DNA of 47,283 bases from Nemertoderma westbladi (GCA_032718475.1 JAUCBJ010006094.1:1-47283); one strand, 5' to 3'. Positions 37,901 to 46,442 are shown, counted from the stretch's first letter. Translations and numbers: made by a program. The notes: a model not told the origin generated them from the letters alone.

Positions 37901-40900
37901 CCTAATGATATCCTTTATTGGTTTGGTATTATTCACTAACATGGCCTGTCCCATGACAATTTTATTTAGGGTTTGTGCCTGACCAAGAAAACCTAAGCAA
38001 AAAACAAACCTAACGGCACCACTTACCCAATGCATGGACCTGTAGGTCTGTAGGTGTGGGGGGGGGGGGGGGGGGTTAACAGAAAAACATATGTCCAAAA
38101 CACACCCCGACCTTTCAACCTGCTAACCTCTATCTATTATCTTATAGACGTCTATAGAAGATTTTGTCCCCTGTCCCTGCCTCCATCCAACTACCGGACA
38201 GTCTGTAGCCACCCCCGCCACGTTATAATTCTCCAAATTTGTAGCCAAACACTCCCCGGAATGGTACAGAGCGAAATAAGACGAGCCCTGCAAACGGACC
38301 ACGTAAATAATACAGAAGAAAGTTACTATGAATCCATCAAAACAATTTATTTTCGAGTATTTCGATTTATCAAAATATATCAAGGTCATCATTACTATAT
38401 GATTTGAATTCCACAGCAAATTTATAAAAAATTATAAAAGCTGCTGATTCGAAAAAAATAATGAGAAGTTATTTTAAAATTATTAGGTAATTATAGAATT
38501 TGTCTGGCACCTGTGGCATCTTCCTATTTGAGGATATTACTAACCTTTCTACGAGATGCCACGTGGCAGCTCTCTATTGGTGCATCCCTAACATTGGGTT
38601 CATCCACTAGTATATCCATCACGGATACATCGCCTTCTATACTGCCGATTATTAGATCTGGCTGGTAATTCCATTTACCAAGACAATCAGTCACTAATGA
38701 GCCACGGAACAATGGTGATAATTCTTGTAGCGTCTGTAAAAAAAATATTTAATTACATAATTTAAATTATAATAATTTTGTATTACATATATAAAATTAT
38801 TCGAATTCTGAATTTTTTATTATAGTAGTTTATAAAATAAGCTGTTTGAATAATTAATTTAGGTTGTAATATTTAGGATGTCTATTTATTACAGATCAAA
38901 TATATTTTATGTGCAAACATAATTTCCAAAACTCACTCCAAATTTCTAAAACTATATTGCGAATCACTTTGTAACAATGTTACTTTATATTGTAACGGCA
39001 TTCAGATCTAACCTGCGCCTTGGCAATGGGGAATGTGTAAACGGCAACGTCGCACACAGTGAGTTTCAGCAGTGGGTTTGTCTGCACGACCTTAACCCTA
39101 GACATTGCCTCCCCTCCTGCCGGGCATAGTGTATCCAGGATGCCAAACTCCGATGAACTGATTGGCGTGCAAGTTATCCAATCAGAGCTATCTGCGTTAG
39201 TTACCGTGACAACAGCATTTAGTAAACTCTTGGAACAATATGAAGGGCAATCAGCCATTCCATAAACAACCACCTAGATAAATATTACGATATCTGCCGA
39301 GAATCTGGCTATGAAAAGTTGTCGAATACCAAATTTTCGTAATCATTATTTATTTTTAGAAATTATTCACGACAAATTAACAGACAAATAATTATTAGGA
39401 CCGTAAAAAATAATGTAAAGTAATTCAACTACTGTAATACTGTATACCGCAATGAAGGAAATGAATAGATTCAATAACGAGTTTAAAGTAAACAGGTAGA
39501 ATGTGGGAACGTGCAATAACATATTAAAAGAAAGAACAAAAAATAAGTTACGTAAAGAAGGGGGTCTTTAATGGTGAAGATTATGATGGGGTCCAGATCT
39601 GGAATAAGCCGCGGGTCATCAATAGAAGATGGTGGCATAGCTTGAAGAGATTTATGTCCTCTCAGACATATGCCTGCTGATCTCACCAGACTAAATGAGA
39701 TCCTGCAACGCAGCCAGTGCGATACAGCTGCATAAGTGGAGCCTCTCTTCTCCGAAAGGTGACCTGCCAGATGTGCCATGAAACGGCTGCACTCCGGCCC
39801 TGCTGCACCACCAGTCGAAAACACTAAAGGGGTAAAGGAGACGCGCTCGACATTTATAATTCTATCATTGTAGGACCGGCGCTTCTCCCCTTCGTGGCTC
39901 TTAAGAATAGAGTCTATTGGAGAGGAGAGATATGATGCTGCATTCGGGTAAAATACACGAACATCGAAAAAAGATTTGGAGAAGCGTCCCCAAAACCCCC
40001 TTGCCGAAATATCCAGATGAGCTTCACTGGATGTGTTAGCTGAACCTGGGAATAGGACTTCACCCGTTATGGGTTGCAGTTTCGGCTCCAATGCTTCATC
40101 CGTACACACCGCATGCAAGAGATTGGCCAGCAAATCGCGAACTTCATTGTGGCGTAATGCGATAAAGCCGCCTTTCTTGCAGGATAGAGCATGGTCGGGT
40201 GTAAAAGAGGCAGAACAAACACAGGAGGAAGGCATGCCAAATATAGGGAGGTTGTATCATAGTGCGGTTGCATCTCAAAAATCGGATATGTTTAGGGCAA
40301 AACCTTCACACTCTAATGGAAGAGCGGTCAACCATGATGAAGTGCCAGGGCGCGATGCGTGGTCAAGAGCACGTGTCAGTAGTGGATCACAGGAGTCCTT
40401 GATGATGGCTGCTTTGGTGTTCCACAGCTGCATAGTTCTGGTTCGAACTGCCGAAGTTATGGCTTTCTGAGCCTCTGAAGATGAGTGTTCAAGGAACATA
40501 GTCTGTGTTTTGTGCTGTTTAGTTTCAACACAAGAGTTGTCAAATTGAAGAGGCTGCAGAAGAAGTGGGATTTGTAATCTCCGAGACCACCATAGCGCAC
40601 TGGAAGATCTAGTATGTCCCTAAGGCCTGAATCGCAAATGGACCCAATATTCAGTTAGTGCATGAATCGCAGATTCTACTCCAGCAGGATGTCCTGCTGC
40701 TGTTTGGAGTGGTCCAGCATCTTGCTCGAATTCATCCCTAATGGTCCCCACTACAATTCTGCCATTCAGCCGTTTCAGACTCTCCCCAACACCTATTGGT
40801 TTACTCTCCCGGATTTTTATTAAGGGGGATAAGCTTTGATGCGACCAGAGCCTCGATCGATAGTGGGTCAATGGCTTCAGTAGCTAAGCGCTGAGCAACT

Positions 40901-43900
40901 CCTGCAATTGATGCACAAGACAAATTTAATTGATTATTAAATATAATTAAATTTTTTTTAATTTTAATCTTTTTACTACCTAATAAAATGTACTAGCTAA
41001 CACAATATCAAAATTACTAGCTACAACTCCAGACAACAACAGACCAACTCACTCTGTGTATTGGTATTGATTCTGGGAACTCCACAGATATCCATCCTTC
41101 TCCCACTGAATCAAAGTCAACGCCGCTGCATGTCCAATAGAAACTCTCGGAATTCCCATCCACTGCCGCCATTGGCTGAGAGCCGGTAGCCACTGACGAC
41201 ATGGTAACACCAACAGAGTTCATAGCAACGTTTGTGTATTCCGGTATCCATGGAGACAGTATAACAATCTCGCATATGGATAAGGGGGTATCGACCTTGT
41301 TGAGTACAATGTGAACGTATTGACCAATTAGAGACGACATGCAGCTTATAGTAACCCAATTGGCTGAATTTGCTTCCCCTGTTAGTAAACAATAGGGTAG
41401 TCGATATGGGTATGTTATTAGAGTTACTATAGCGACTAAAGTTTACTACTGGCATGAAGTAATAGTGTAGATGGTACTGGTAAAACAACTTGTATTATTA
41501 AAATATACAATATAATACTGTAATATAACGTGTATTAAAGTAAAATAAACAGCGTATAATAATAGTAAAATAAAGAGTTGGAAAAATATAATGTAATAAT
41601 GATAGTACAATAAAAACGACATTACATTAACAACCAACCTTGTCCTTGGACTTCCCCACATAGACCCTTCTCCCCATTGGCTGGCGTCTCACGTGAGTCC
41701 CGAATGTAAACTTTGGCCCCGTTTAAGAAACTCTGGCAACAATCCGCTCTGTTGTATAGTGTCACCTTGGCAACAGTGTGAAACATGAGCAGATCCACTA
41801 TCAACCAATGGGGTCCCTGCAATGGATCACCATGATCCGTAATATAGTGCCATTTTCTAACGATACGGACCCCCCAAATTTTTAAATCTTTCTCATATTG
41901 CTTGAAATTGGAGACTCGCATTAAATTCACCCAGGAAACTTAAGAATGCTTGGACTCCATCAGTAAATGCTTAAATACTGTGGTTGACATTTTCCACTTC
42001 CCCTACAGGGGTAACCAAAGTGGGTGAATAGCACACAATCAGAACCACCTTAGGAAACCTCTTGGCCAGTTTTCCAGAACATGAGAATTAAGTGGCAACA
42101 GATGATGCGTCTGGTGGTTTGGTCTATATTTTGTCCAATCCTGCATTGTGCAGTTGGATTTCTCAATAGAACAATTCATTCTTCACCACTGACATCTAAG
42201 CTGTGGGCCAACCGCCAACATAACAATCATAGGTCCTTAATCAGAAAGCGTCAGTCTGTCCAGTGTCCAGTCTCTTGAATACCCACTGCGCTAAGGCAAG
42301 CATATCTGCCACGGCAGTCAGCTCGCCTTGTTGCATTGGGGACCCGAGTGTTAAAGTTTTAACTTAGGATAGTGTTGTGATTTGCCTCACGTTCATCAAT
42401 GGCTGCGTTGGTCGGGGTGGAACATGAGAGGGAATCGTAAAATCGGAATGCGAGAGTGGAACATGAGGGAAGTGATAATTAATAGGTAAGCGACGGCGCG
42501 TGTAAATGTAAGTGCTGTAATAATAGGCAAGAAATAGATCGTGGCGAAAAGCAATAACGGGGAAGCCCAAACAGTGCTGCCCCATACAGGGATCGAACCA
42601 GGACCTCCTAATATGAAGCCTATGAATGTCACCACTAGACCAAGCAGCTTCTTGTAATAAGTTGCATTTATTAGTCGGAACGCAAAGTAAAATAATAATA
42701 AACACAATTTATGAATAAATATATGTTACCATAGTGACTGTCCTTACCTCTGTTCCGGTTAAGGTGCAGCTGCCCCCAGCCAATGTTTGATCTGTTACTC
42801 CGTCCACGGCTAACCCTGGACCACCACCCCCTGTTGCTATGGAATCCTGCCACGTTGGTTTACCTTGGGCGAGGTTAACCATTGGACTATCTGAGAACCA
42901 CTTCAGTACAAATAGTTCACAGATATAGAAACTCCCTTTGGATCTATAATTAATAATAATATGGGGGTTGTATAACAATACGGTTGTATTGGATATGGAA
43001 CATGTATAAAATTTGTTAATTAATAATTCATTTGAATATGATTTTAGATTTTGTCTCTATGGTTGAATTCATTGTTGAAATAGTTAAGTAAAATTGTGGA
43101 AGCGCATTATTTGTGAAGTAAAGTTTTAAATTAAAATAATATACTATAATAAATTAAATTGTTTTGAAAAGCTTTTCACTTTTTTTCTTTTTTTTTGCAT
43201 TCTGACTGGATATAAGTAAATTAATATTAAAACTACTATTTATCATTGTTGACTTCCTTTGAGAATGGCTTGGTTGGCTGAGCCAATATTTGGGCAGCTG
43301 TAAATGAATGTCAACTTCCTACAACCTTTGGAACCAGGCTGTAAATTTCCGGCATAACAATATGGGACCATCAATATGATATTATCGGACCACCATGGAA
43401 CCCCACCTTTGAACCTGCTCTTCTCCAATAATATAAACTCAGTCCTTCTCCAATAATTAACTAACCTGTTTTTTACTGAAACCAAACCAACATGTCAACA
43501 CAAACGGTCGACTTCACTTAAAACTAACCAGACATTATAGAAGAAGAAGTTTGTGGGGCGAACCTCGAAAGTAAGCGAGCTTAGCATACGGGTACCACTA
43601 ACTCAATCGGTGTGTCTGTTCTGTCGTTCTGTTGTGTTCAATTTTAAACGTTAATAACTCAGCGAAATTGTAATGAAATTGAACCAAACTTGGTACACAT
43701 GTAGTCTGGCAAAAGTTTAGAAATTTCGCAAGTTGAATTTCCATGTGGCCTTCGAGAAGCTAAGATAATAGCAGTTAATTAGTTAATTAAGTTGATTACG
43801 GTAAAAACTGCATTTTCAACCTGCAGGATATTAATTATTTTCTAGTATAAGATTTAAATAATTATACTTAAAAATTATACAACTGTATTCCCCATACTCC

Positions 43901-46016
43901 ATTCCATTATAGTTTTTAATTAGTTCAAGAGATTTGCTTTAAGAAATGTGTTTTTAATTGATCTAAACGTATAATTAATTAACTTATTAAAATGCCCCGT
44001 CTCCAGTTATAGCTCCAGTCATGCCTAGCCTAGCTTGTAAGGGGAACCAGTCCAACCACATCTCACCTCTACTCAAAGGCAGAATTGTAATGAGCCAGAC
44101 TAATAAGCCAGCTTGGCTATTATGTGTAGCTTACAAAATGATTTGGCCTAGTGCTTAATCATGATTCTTCAGAATAACTAGCTAAATAATTTCGTTGAGG
44201 TGTTGACATGATAAATTACAGTAATATCTCAGTATCAATAAATCCTGTGTGCCCTTTGGGTTGGGGTGGTGCAGATTAAGAGGGGGTTAAGATGGGGGGG
44301 GGGGGGGGGGGGGGTGGCTTTTCCCTCTCTTTGATTTACTGGTGTTTGTTTAAATTTCTTAGATACCGAGTTTGTGATACAGTATAATCGCTCAATATTA
44401 ATCTGTATCTCATAACTGAGCCTTGTGCTTCGCGAAGGCACCACGAACGTGTTTATTGACGACAAACAAACAACCTCAGTTAATAACAATTATAATAATG
44501 CGGAAATGGTTCCACCAATTGGTACAAGAGATACAACATAAATCATACAACATAAATCAGCAACAAAAACAGATTCAGTGGAAATACTAAAGGGTGTGCT
44601 GTGTGTCCAATAAAGGCGATTTAATAAGAAAATACGATATCATATTTATAATAATAACTGAATTGTTGTGGGGTGAGTGACTGTGAATTAAATATACAGT
44701 GTAATAGGACAATATGATAATGCTCTCCATAGCGAAAAATATCAACCGACCCTATTAGGGCTCGAACCCGAGGTTTCAAACTTTCGGTTATCATCAGCCG
44801 GGTGAGTGTACTGAGCTACCAGGCCGGATGAAGTTTTCGCACAATTCAATAAGATGTCGATTCAAAATTCGATTCGATTCAATATGATCTCCCACTCCAT
44901 AGCGAAATATTCATCCGGTCTGGTAGCTCAGTACACTCACCCGGCTGATGATAACCAGAAGTTTGAAACCTCGAGTTCGAGCCCCAATAGGGTCGGTTGA
45001 TATTTTTCGCTAAGGTGAGCATTATCATATTGTCCTATTACATTAGATATCATATTTAGTAATGATCTTCTATAATAAAGAAACAAATAAGAGTTTAAAG
45101 GATAATGAATTATGAGCAAACATCATCTTCACTAAATGCAACAAGGCGGGTGAAAATTAATATTCGAAATGTTAAACAAACACAATGTACAGACAACAAA
45201 TAAATTTAAACACAAATACAGAAAAGGTTTCACTAATAAATACATAATAATGGTATAAAAAGGAATGATAAACATGCACTGAAGGCAATAAAAATGCATT
45301 ATGCGAGAATAGGTAACTGATGTTGATGTGTACTATCGTACAAAGCGTATAATAGTATCGGGATAAAATAGGAAATAAAGCTAATAAATAAATAACAAGA
45401 TATAATAAACAAAGTATGTCCTTATTGTAGTCATTGTAAATGTAATTAAAAAAAGTTAACTTTACTAAACGCACCTTTCCCTCACTAGATGAATATATCT
45501 TCCCCACAATTTCTGCAAACATTGAATGTCAATGTAAGGCGTCAGAATGCCGCTGGCGTCATCCACGTGACCAGATATTCCATCTAACACTCTCATAGTG
45601 ACGTCACCACATTGCATTGCACCGTCGTCCATAGGGTCATCAATAGCGCTGACAACCACCTGTAATTATAGAAGGAATCTTAACTAAAATAAATTAAAAT
45701 TAAAATCAAAAATTAAATTTATTGAAATTGAACAGTAATGACGTAATTCGACTCTATGGCTTTACGCTCCAAAACAAGAACATTCTAGAATAAATTTTGT
45801 AATTTACCTTGACTCCTACAATACTGTAATCCATGTTGATAATGGTAACCCCGGCGACCATTTGGTTGTATCCCATGTCGACTGTCCAGTAGAAGTGCCT
45901 TCTATTCGCCTTCGGAATGGAACGTTTGGGAACCTGTCCAGGAGAACCAACCAAAGCGCAATGTTCTGGGTTCCTGGGGATAGAAATCCCGTCCACTGCT
46001 AATCCTGATGAATCGT
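15294..46016 (-). CDS. Multi-exon mosaic cell-surface protein: 3x F-type lectin + WSC-like + linker + about 16 EGF-like repeats + Ly6/uPAR domain + GPI signal (5' end not located; may be two genes split near 37200-37850)
   Basis: About 28 GT-AG exons with matching phases (listed separately); about 1470 codons if the broken exon is skipped. Confidence 0.75.
16027..16134 (-). CDS. Exon: N-terminal half of the Ly6/uPAR domain
   Basis: ttacag|VVSSCYACSGTDDDCGLEGGGVVTNCNAKTDYKACW|gtatgt; phase 0-0. Confidence 0.85.
16131..19160. repeat. Intronic minisatellite of 27/31-bp units (gtaactacctgtaacgttacatagaca), roughly 100 copies
   Basis: Directly visible; the unit holds the palindrome tgtaacgttaca and on the minus strand copies the ttacag|gtagtt acceptor of the adjacent exon. 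Confidence 0.97.
19634..19638 (-). CDS. 5-nt microexon (AAGCG)
   Basis: Long U-rich tract ending tgcag|AAGCG|gtaagt; converts phase 1 to phase 0, which is needed to join the last EGF exon to the Ly6 exon. Confidence 0.8.
20090..20221 (-). CDS. EGF-like exon
   Basis: VDCNYNTYQCDCGVGGDVTPEVLDEDKCHCSPGYKKGLDGICT; ag/gttagt; phase 1-1. Confidence 0.88.
20380..20530 (+). repeat. Dispersed ~150-bp repeat starting with a G-run; second copy at 23108-23250
   Basis: Both copies share gacgcaaa...ggaaaggagcaggttaca.tggcac.ttatt.taa.caaaacaataaactaaa. Confidence 0.7.
21054..21191 (-). CDS. EGF-like exon
   Basis: DYCKKPVVSDSGLLYGCGARCVGSVCKCHVGFTLKFDTNTREPYCK; phase 1-1. Confidence 0.85.
21411..21521 (-). 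CDS. EGF-like exon
   Basis: EIECEPNDPACSCYETQDVSTCGCRLGYTKKGDGSCT; phase 1-1. Confidence 0.88.
21742..21835 (-). CDS. EGF-like exon
   Basis: GKPGCACNPSSIVPSCNCLPGYQSTKKRTCE; phase 0-1. Confidence 0.88.
21922..22079 (-). CDS. EGF-like exon
   Basis: ACLPDEQIPDEYRKCSCFRGDSDQFETCECRPGYIPIPTGGDVGECVTECNE; phase 1-0. Confidence 0.88.
22185..22365 (+). mobile_element. tRNA-derived SINE, older copy of the family at 31758
   Basis: A-box-like ggcgaagtggtt, B-box ggttcgaccc; shares ttgaattcacatctc and cagggcgcatctctg with 31758-32057. Confidence 0.75.
22435..22551 (-). CDS. EGF-like exon
   Basis: TCNPNAVGQVGICVCDESELVCDCIHGFIVDPALSKCI; ag/gtaagt; phase 1-1. Confidence 0.88.
22800..22928 (-). CDS. 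EGF-like exon
   Basis: YDCEGPSQDHCICTDPTDFWSCKCEPGYTSVIHRSDGIRSCN; phase 1-1. Confidence 0.9.
23277..23429 (-). CDS. EGF-like exon
   Basis: YECEDLGSEDFCLCDITQHHNVWTCRCMPGYKSGWEPDNRFPDGLVKTCI; ag/gtgagt; phase 1-1. Confidence 0.9.
24130..24324 (-). CDS. Exon with two EGF-like repeats
   Basis: DLCSLVSYNCDCVGETCRCLPGFVPDQGALCRPVCVQGSAGCICTDDRPCHCEHGLKTVWDGTCV; phase 1-1. Confidence 0.9.
24797..25054 (-). CDS. EGF-like plus 2-Cys linker exon
   Basis: GYLCEPGSSGCTNC...RCRCKPG...RMCMANC...LPVCQ; ag/gtaaga; phase 1-1. Confidence 0.88.
25584..25805 (-). CDS. Exon with two EGF-like repeats
   Basis: DQCVRHSLGCRCQPQTGCHCDSTRRLRWDLTCSPNQCTAGVPWCECYFLGSEQSCQCMNGYTTDIVNTDGRYCR; phase 1-1. Confidence 0.9.
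25885..25936. repeat. (GTCT)n microsatellite
   Basis: Directly visible. Confidence 0.9.
26696..26883 (-). CDS. Linker exon
   Basis: cctaacag|A CEPIPTPLTIQCPSDSQ...AGMKIPLCT|gtaaac; phase 2-1, completing the EGF begun in exon 32359-32482. Confidence 0.82.
27020..28963 (+). mobile_element. 5'-truncated RTE-clade LINE with an intact RT reading frame (647 aa), intronic and antisense to the host gene
   Basis: FRGISLISIAAKLYNRILL, QNGFRKGRG, FVDFFKAFDSV, GVLQGDTLAPFLF, DLDFADD, FCYLGS, LRFAGHC motifs. Confidence 0.95.
29118..29997. repeat. 51-bp tandem repeat, about 17 copies
   Basis: Unit gtaagacgttagtgcccgcgagtcattagtgcccgaggaccttgtctgcaa; no spacers. Confidence 0.97.
30163..31113 (+). mobile_element. 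Non-autonomous Penelope-like insertion with ~270-bp inverted arms and a one-sided tail
   Basis: 12-bp TSD aaaactctggat (30151-30162, 31114-31125); arms 30165-30435 and 30778-31049; tail 31050-31113; hammerhead core in the spacer. Confidence 0.8.
30457..30506 (-). ncRNA. Hammerhead-ribozyme-like core, probably incomplete
   Basis: CTGATGA-GGAGA-(loop)-TCTCC-GAAA with a perfect stem II; stem III and the NUH cleavage triplet are not recognisable. Confidence 0.5.
31758..32057 (+). mobile_element. tRNA-derived SINE with a MetaSINE-like central domain and (TTTAC)n tail
   Basis: tggtatagtggtt A-box, ggttcgaccc B-box, ccttgcatccttaagtggtagttaaatgagtac core, tttac tail, TSD tactgg (31752-31757, 32058-32063). 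Confidence 0.82.
32359..32482 (-). CDS. EGF-like exon
   Basis: GYQCEPGGSDCVDCDSNTPDRFMCKCSDGFYSTVDPESHIRR; ag/gtaaga; phase 1-2. Confidence 0.88.
32652..32871 (-). mobile_element. Palindromic tRNA-headed insertion (inverted arms plus tail)
   Basis: 13-bp TSD attttgggctttt (32639-32651, 32872-32884); inverted copies of gtggtgtagtggttagcatacctgaacgtttatcggga; B-box gggttcgatccc in the right arm; tail 32652-32682. Confidence 0.8.
33319..33458 (-). CDS. EGF-like exon
   Basis: WDQTCLERSCHSYAPFCKCYYINSVDRSCSCIPGYIADPHNIGYCL; phase 2-1. Confidence 0.88.
33788..33923 (-). CDS. EGF-like exon
   Basis: ECKSNEVMVEPGVCTNQCIDSTPSCVCQLTNGANDCQCPKNYILR; ag/gtgagt; phase 1-2. Confidence 0.88.
34201..37007. 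mobile_element. Non-autonomous hAT-type DNA transposon (2.8 kb)
   Basis: 8-bp TSD gtgtcatc (34193-34200, 37008-37015); TIRs caaggatgtt(a)ttacgttacgtt / aacgtaacgtaaaacatccttg; subterminal (cgtaa)n repeats; no transposase ORF. Confidence 0.9.
34550..35985. repeat. 74-bp tandem repeat (about 19 copies) inside the hAT element
   Basis: Unit aatctattctgacttggtataaactcaaatgagtttaatgagaatatgttgtacctggtgggaacttttccttc. Confidence 0.97.
37088..37141 (-). CDS. Short internal exon, or with extension to ATG 37205 a signal-peptide first exon
   Basis: ttatag|VYYWCLRYSHRVRAVTSI|gtgagt, phase 1-1; the in-frame upstream reading is MSPLYNSSYYYLVLLYCLYIIV... Confidence 0.7.
37293..37992 (-). pseudogene. Disrupted symmetric exon of the mosaic gene
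   Basis: gcttag|GFLGQAQTLNKIVMGQAMLVNNTKPI...IIAWYD*KC[RTE 37332-37833]GGVVEVLIVERSD|gttagt; removing the RTE restores the frame, but the TAA at 37841-37843 remains. Confidence 0.6.
37332..37833 (+). mobile_element. RTE 3' fragment (502 bp), nearly identical to 28422-28922
   Basis: ORF DLRIRKGKAWAALNRL...ANVMGDREL; truncated at both ends; no TSD. Confidence 0.95.
38128..38287 (-). CDS. WSC-like domain, second half
   Basis: GSSYFALYHSGECLATNLENYNVAGVATDCPVVGWRQGQGTKSSIDVYKIIDR; phase 0-1. Confidence 0.8.
38545..38733 (-). CDS. WSC-like domain, first half
   Basis: TLQELSPLFRGSLVTDCLGKWNYQPDL...RDAPIESCHVASRRK; phase 0-0. Confidence 0.78.
39013..39273 (-). CDS. F-type lectin domain 3, C-terminal part
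   Basis: VVVYGMADCPSYCSKSLLNAVVTV...LTVCDVAVY; phase 0-0. Confidence 0.85.
39483..40920 (-). mobile_element. Decayed CRE-clade non-LTR retrotransposon (RT remnant, zinc knuckle, restriction-like endonuclease)
   Basis: KPIGVGESLKRL, AGPLQTAAG..AGVESAIHAL, SSWLTALPL, CVC...HALSCKKGG...RHNEVRD, LDISARGFW..FFDVRV, EKRRSY, FTPLVFSTGG; stops and a large internal deletion. Confidence 0.88.
41053..41378 (-). CDS. F-type lectin domain 2 end and domain 3 start
   Basis: WVTISCMSSLIGQYVHIVL...LSICEIVI...NVAMNS...MSSV...AAVDGN...C...WISVEF; phase 1-0. Confidence 0.88.
41639..41816 (-). CDS. F-type lectin domain 2 core
   Basis: GPHWLIVDLLMFHTVAKVTLYNRADCCQSFLNGAKVYI...LCG; phase 0-1. Confidence 0.92.
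42576..42648 (-). mobile_element. tRNA-derived SINE head or tRNA pseudogene
   Basis: GCTGCTT/GGGCAGC acceptor stem, TGGTCTAGTGG A-box, GGTTCGATCCC B-box; irregular anticodon arm. Confidence 0.7.
42748..42943 (-). CDS. F-type lectin domain 1 end and domain 2 start
   Basis: SKGSFYICELFV...VNLAQGKPTWQDS...GLAVDG...SCTLTGTE; phase 2-0. Confidence 0.9.
43550..44455 (+). mobile_element. Possible DINE-1/HINE-like non-autonomous Helentron-type repeat
   Basis: Short gtctgt-type repeat followed by aataactc...aaccaaacttggtacacatg; terminal hairpin gtgcttcgcgaaggcac near 44426; boundaries uncertain. Confidence 0.35.
44649..45045 (-). mobile_element. Palindromic tRNA-headed insertion (inverted ~130-bp arms plus tail)
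   Basis: 13-bp TSD gatatcatattta (44636-44648, 45046-45058); arms about 44700-44831 and 44910-45041 with tggtagctcagt A-box and gttcgagccc B-box; tail 44649-44699. Confidence 0.82.
45475..45659 (-). CDS. F-type lectin domain 1, middle
   Basis: VVVSAIDDP...QCG...IDIQCLQKLWGRYIHLVRE; phase 0-2. Confidence 0.85.
45808..46016 (-). CDS. F-type lectin domain 1, N-terminal part (most 5' exon found)
   Basis: DSSGLAVDGIS...HCALV...YWTVDMGYNQMVAGVTIIN; phase 1-0. Confidence 0.82.
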
Positions 46017-46442
46017 CTATTATGAATGAATGAATTGATCATTTATAATGTCTTGGGCACAGCGGCCCCCTACCAACAATGGCTTATAAGACATCGAATT
46101 TTATACAAATTAACTACCAAATATAATACACAATTAACCAATTTACATCACAAACTAGATACAAGTCAAATTAAATTCTTCCATTCATTTCCAACTGCTG
46201 TGCACTATTAACTTGGTCATTGCACATTAAAAATTTCAACTTCTGGCTATTCTCAACATCATAAAAATCTTGTGAGAAGAGACTCCTATCTAGGGCGTCA
46301 CATTCATACAAAAAATGACTTTGTCTTCAATTTCACCCGACTTACATATATTACATACTAAGTATACAAGAGTGAACCAATACACCAACAAATCACCGGT
46401 TATGTAATTCAATATTTCAATTGAATTACATAACCCAGGTCT

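Noticed and set aside
38027-38039. 13-nt candidate microexon (ctacag|GTCCATGCATTGG|gtaagt)
   Set aside because: Would shift the phase and leave only about 34 nt to the next acceptor
46346-46396. Hydrophobic DLLVYWFTLVYLVCNI|gtaagt as the gene's signal exon
   Set aside because: Phase fits, but there is no in-frame ATG and the start of lectin domain 1 is still missing; possibly disrupted by the Penelope insertion, but unsupported
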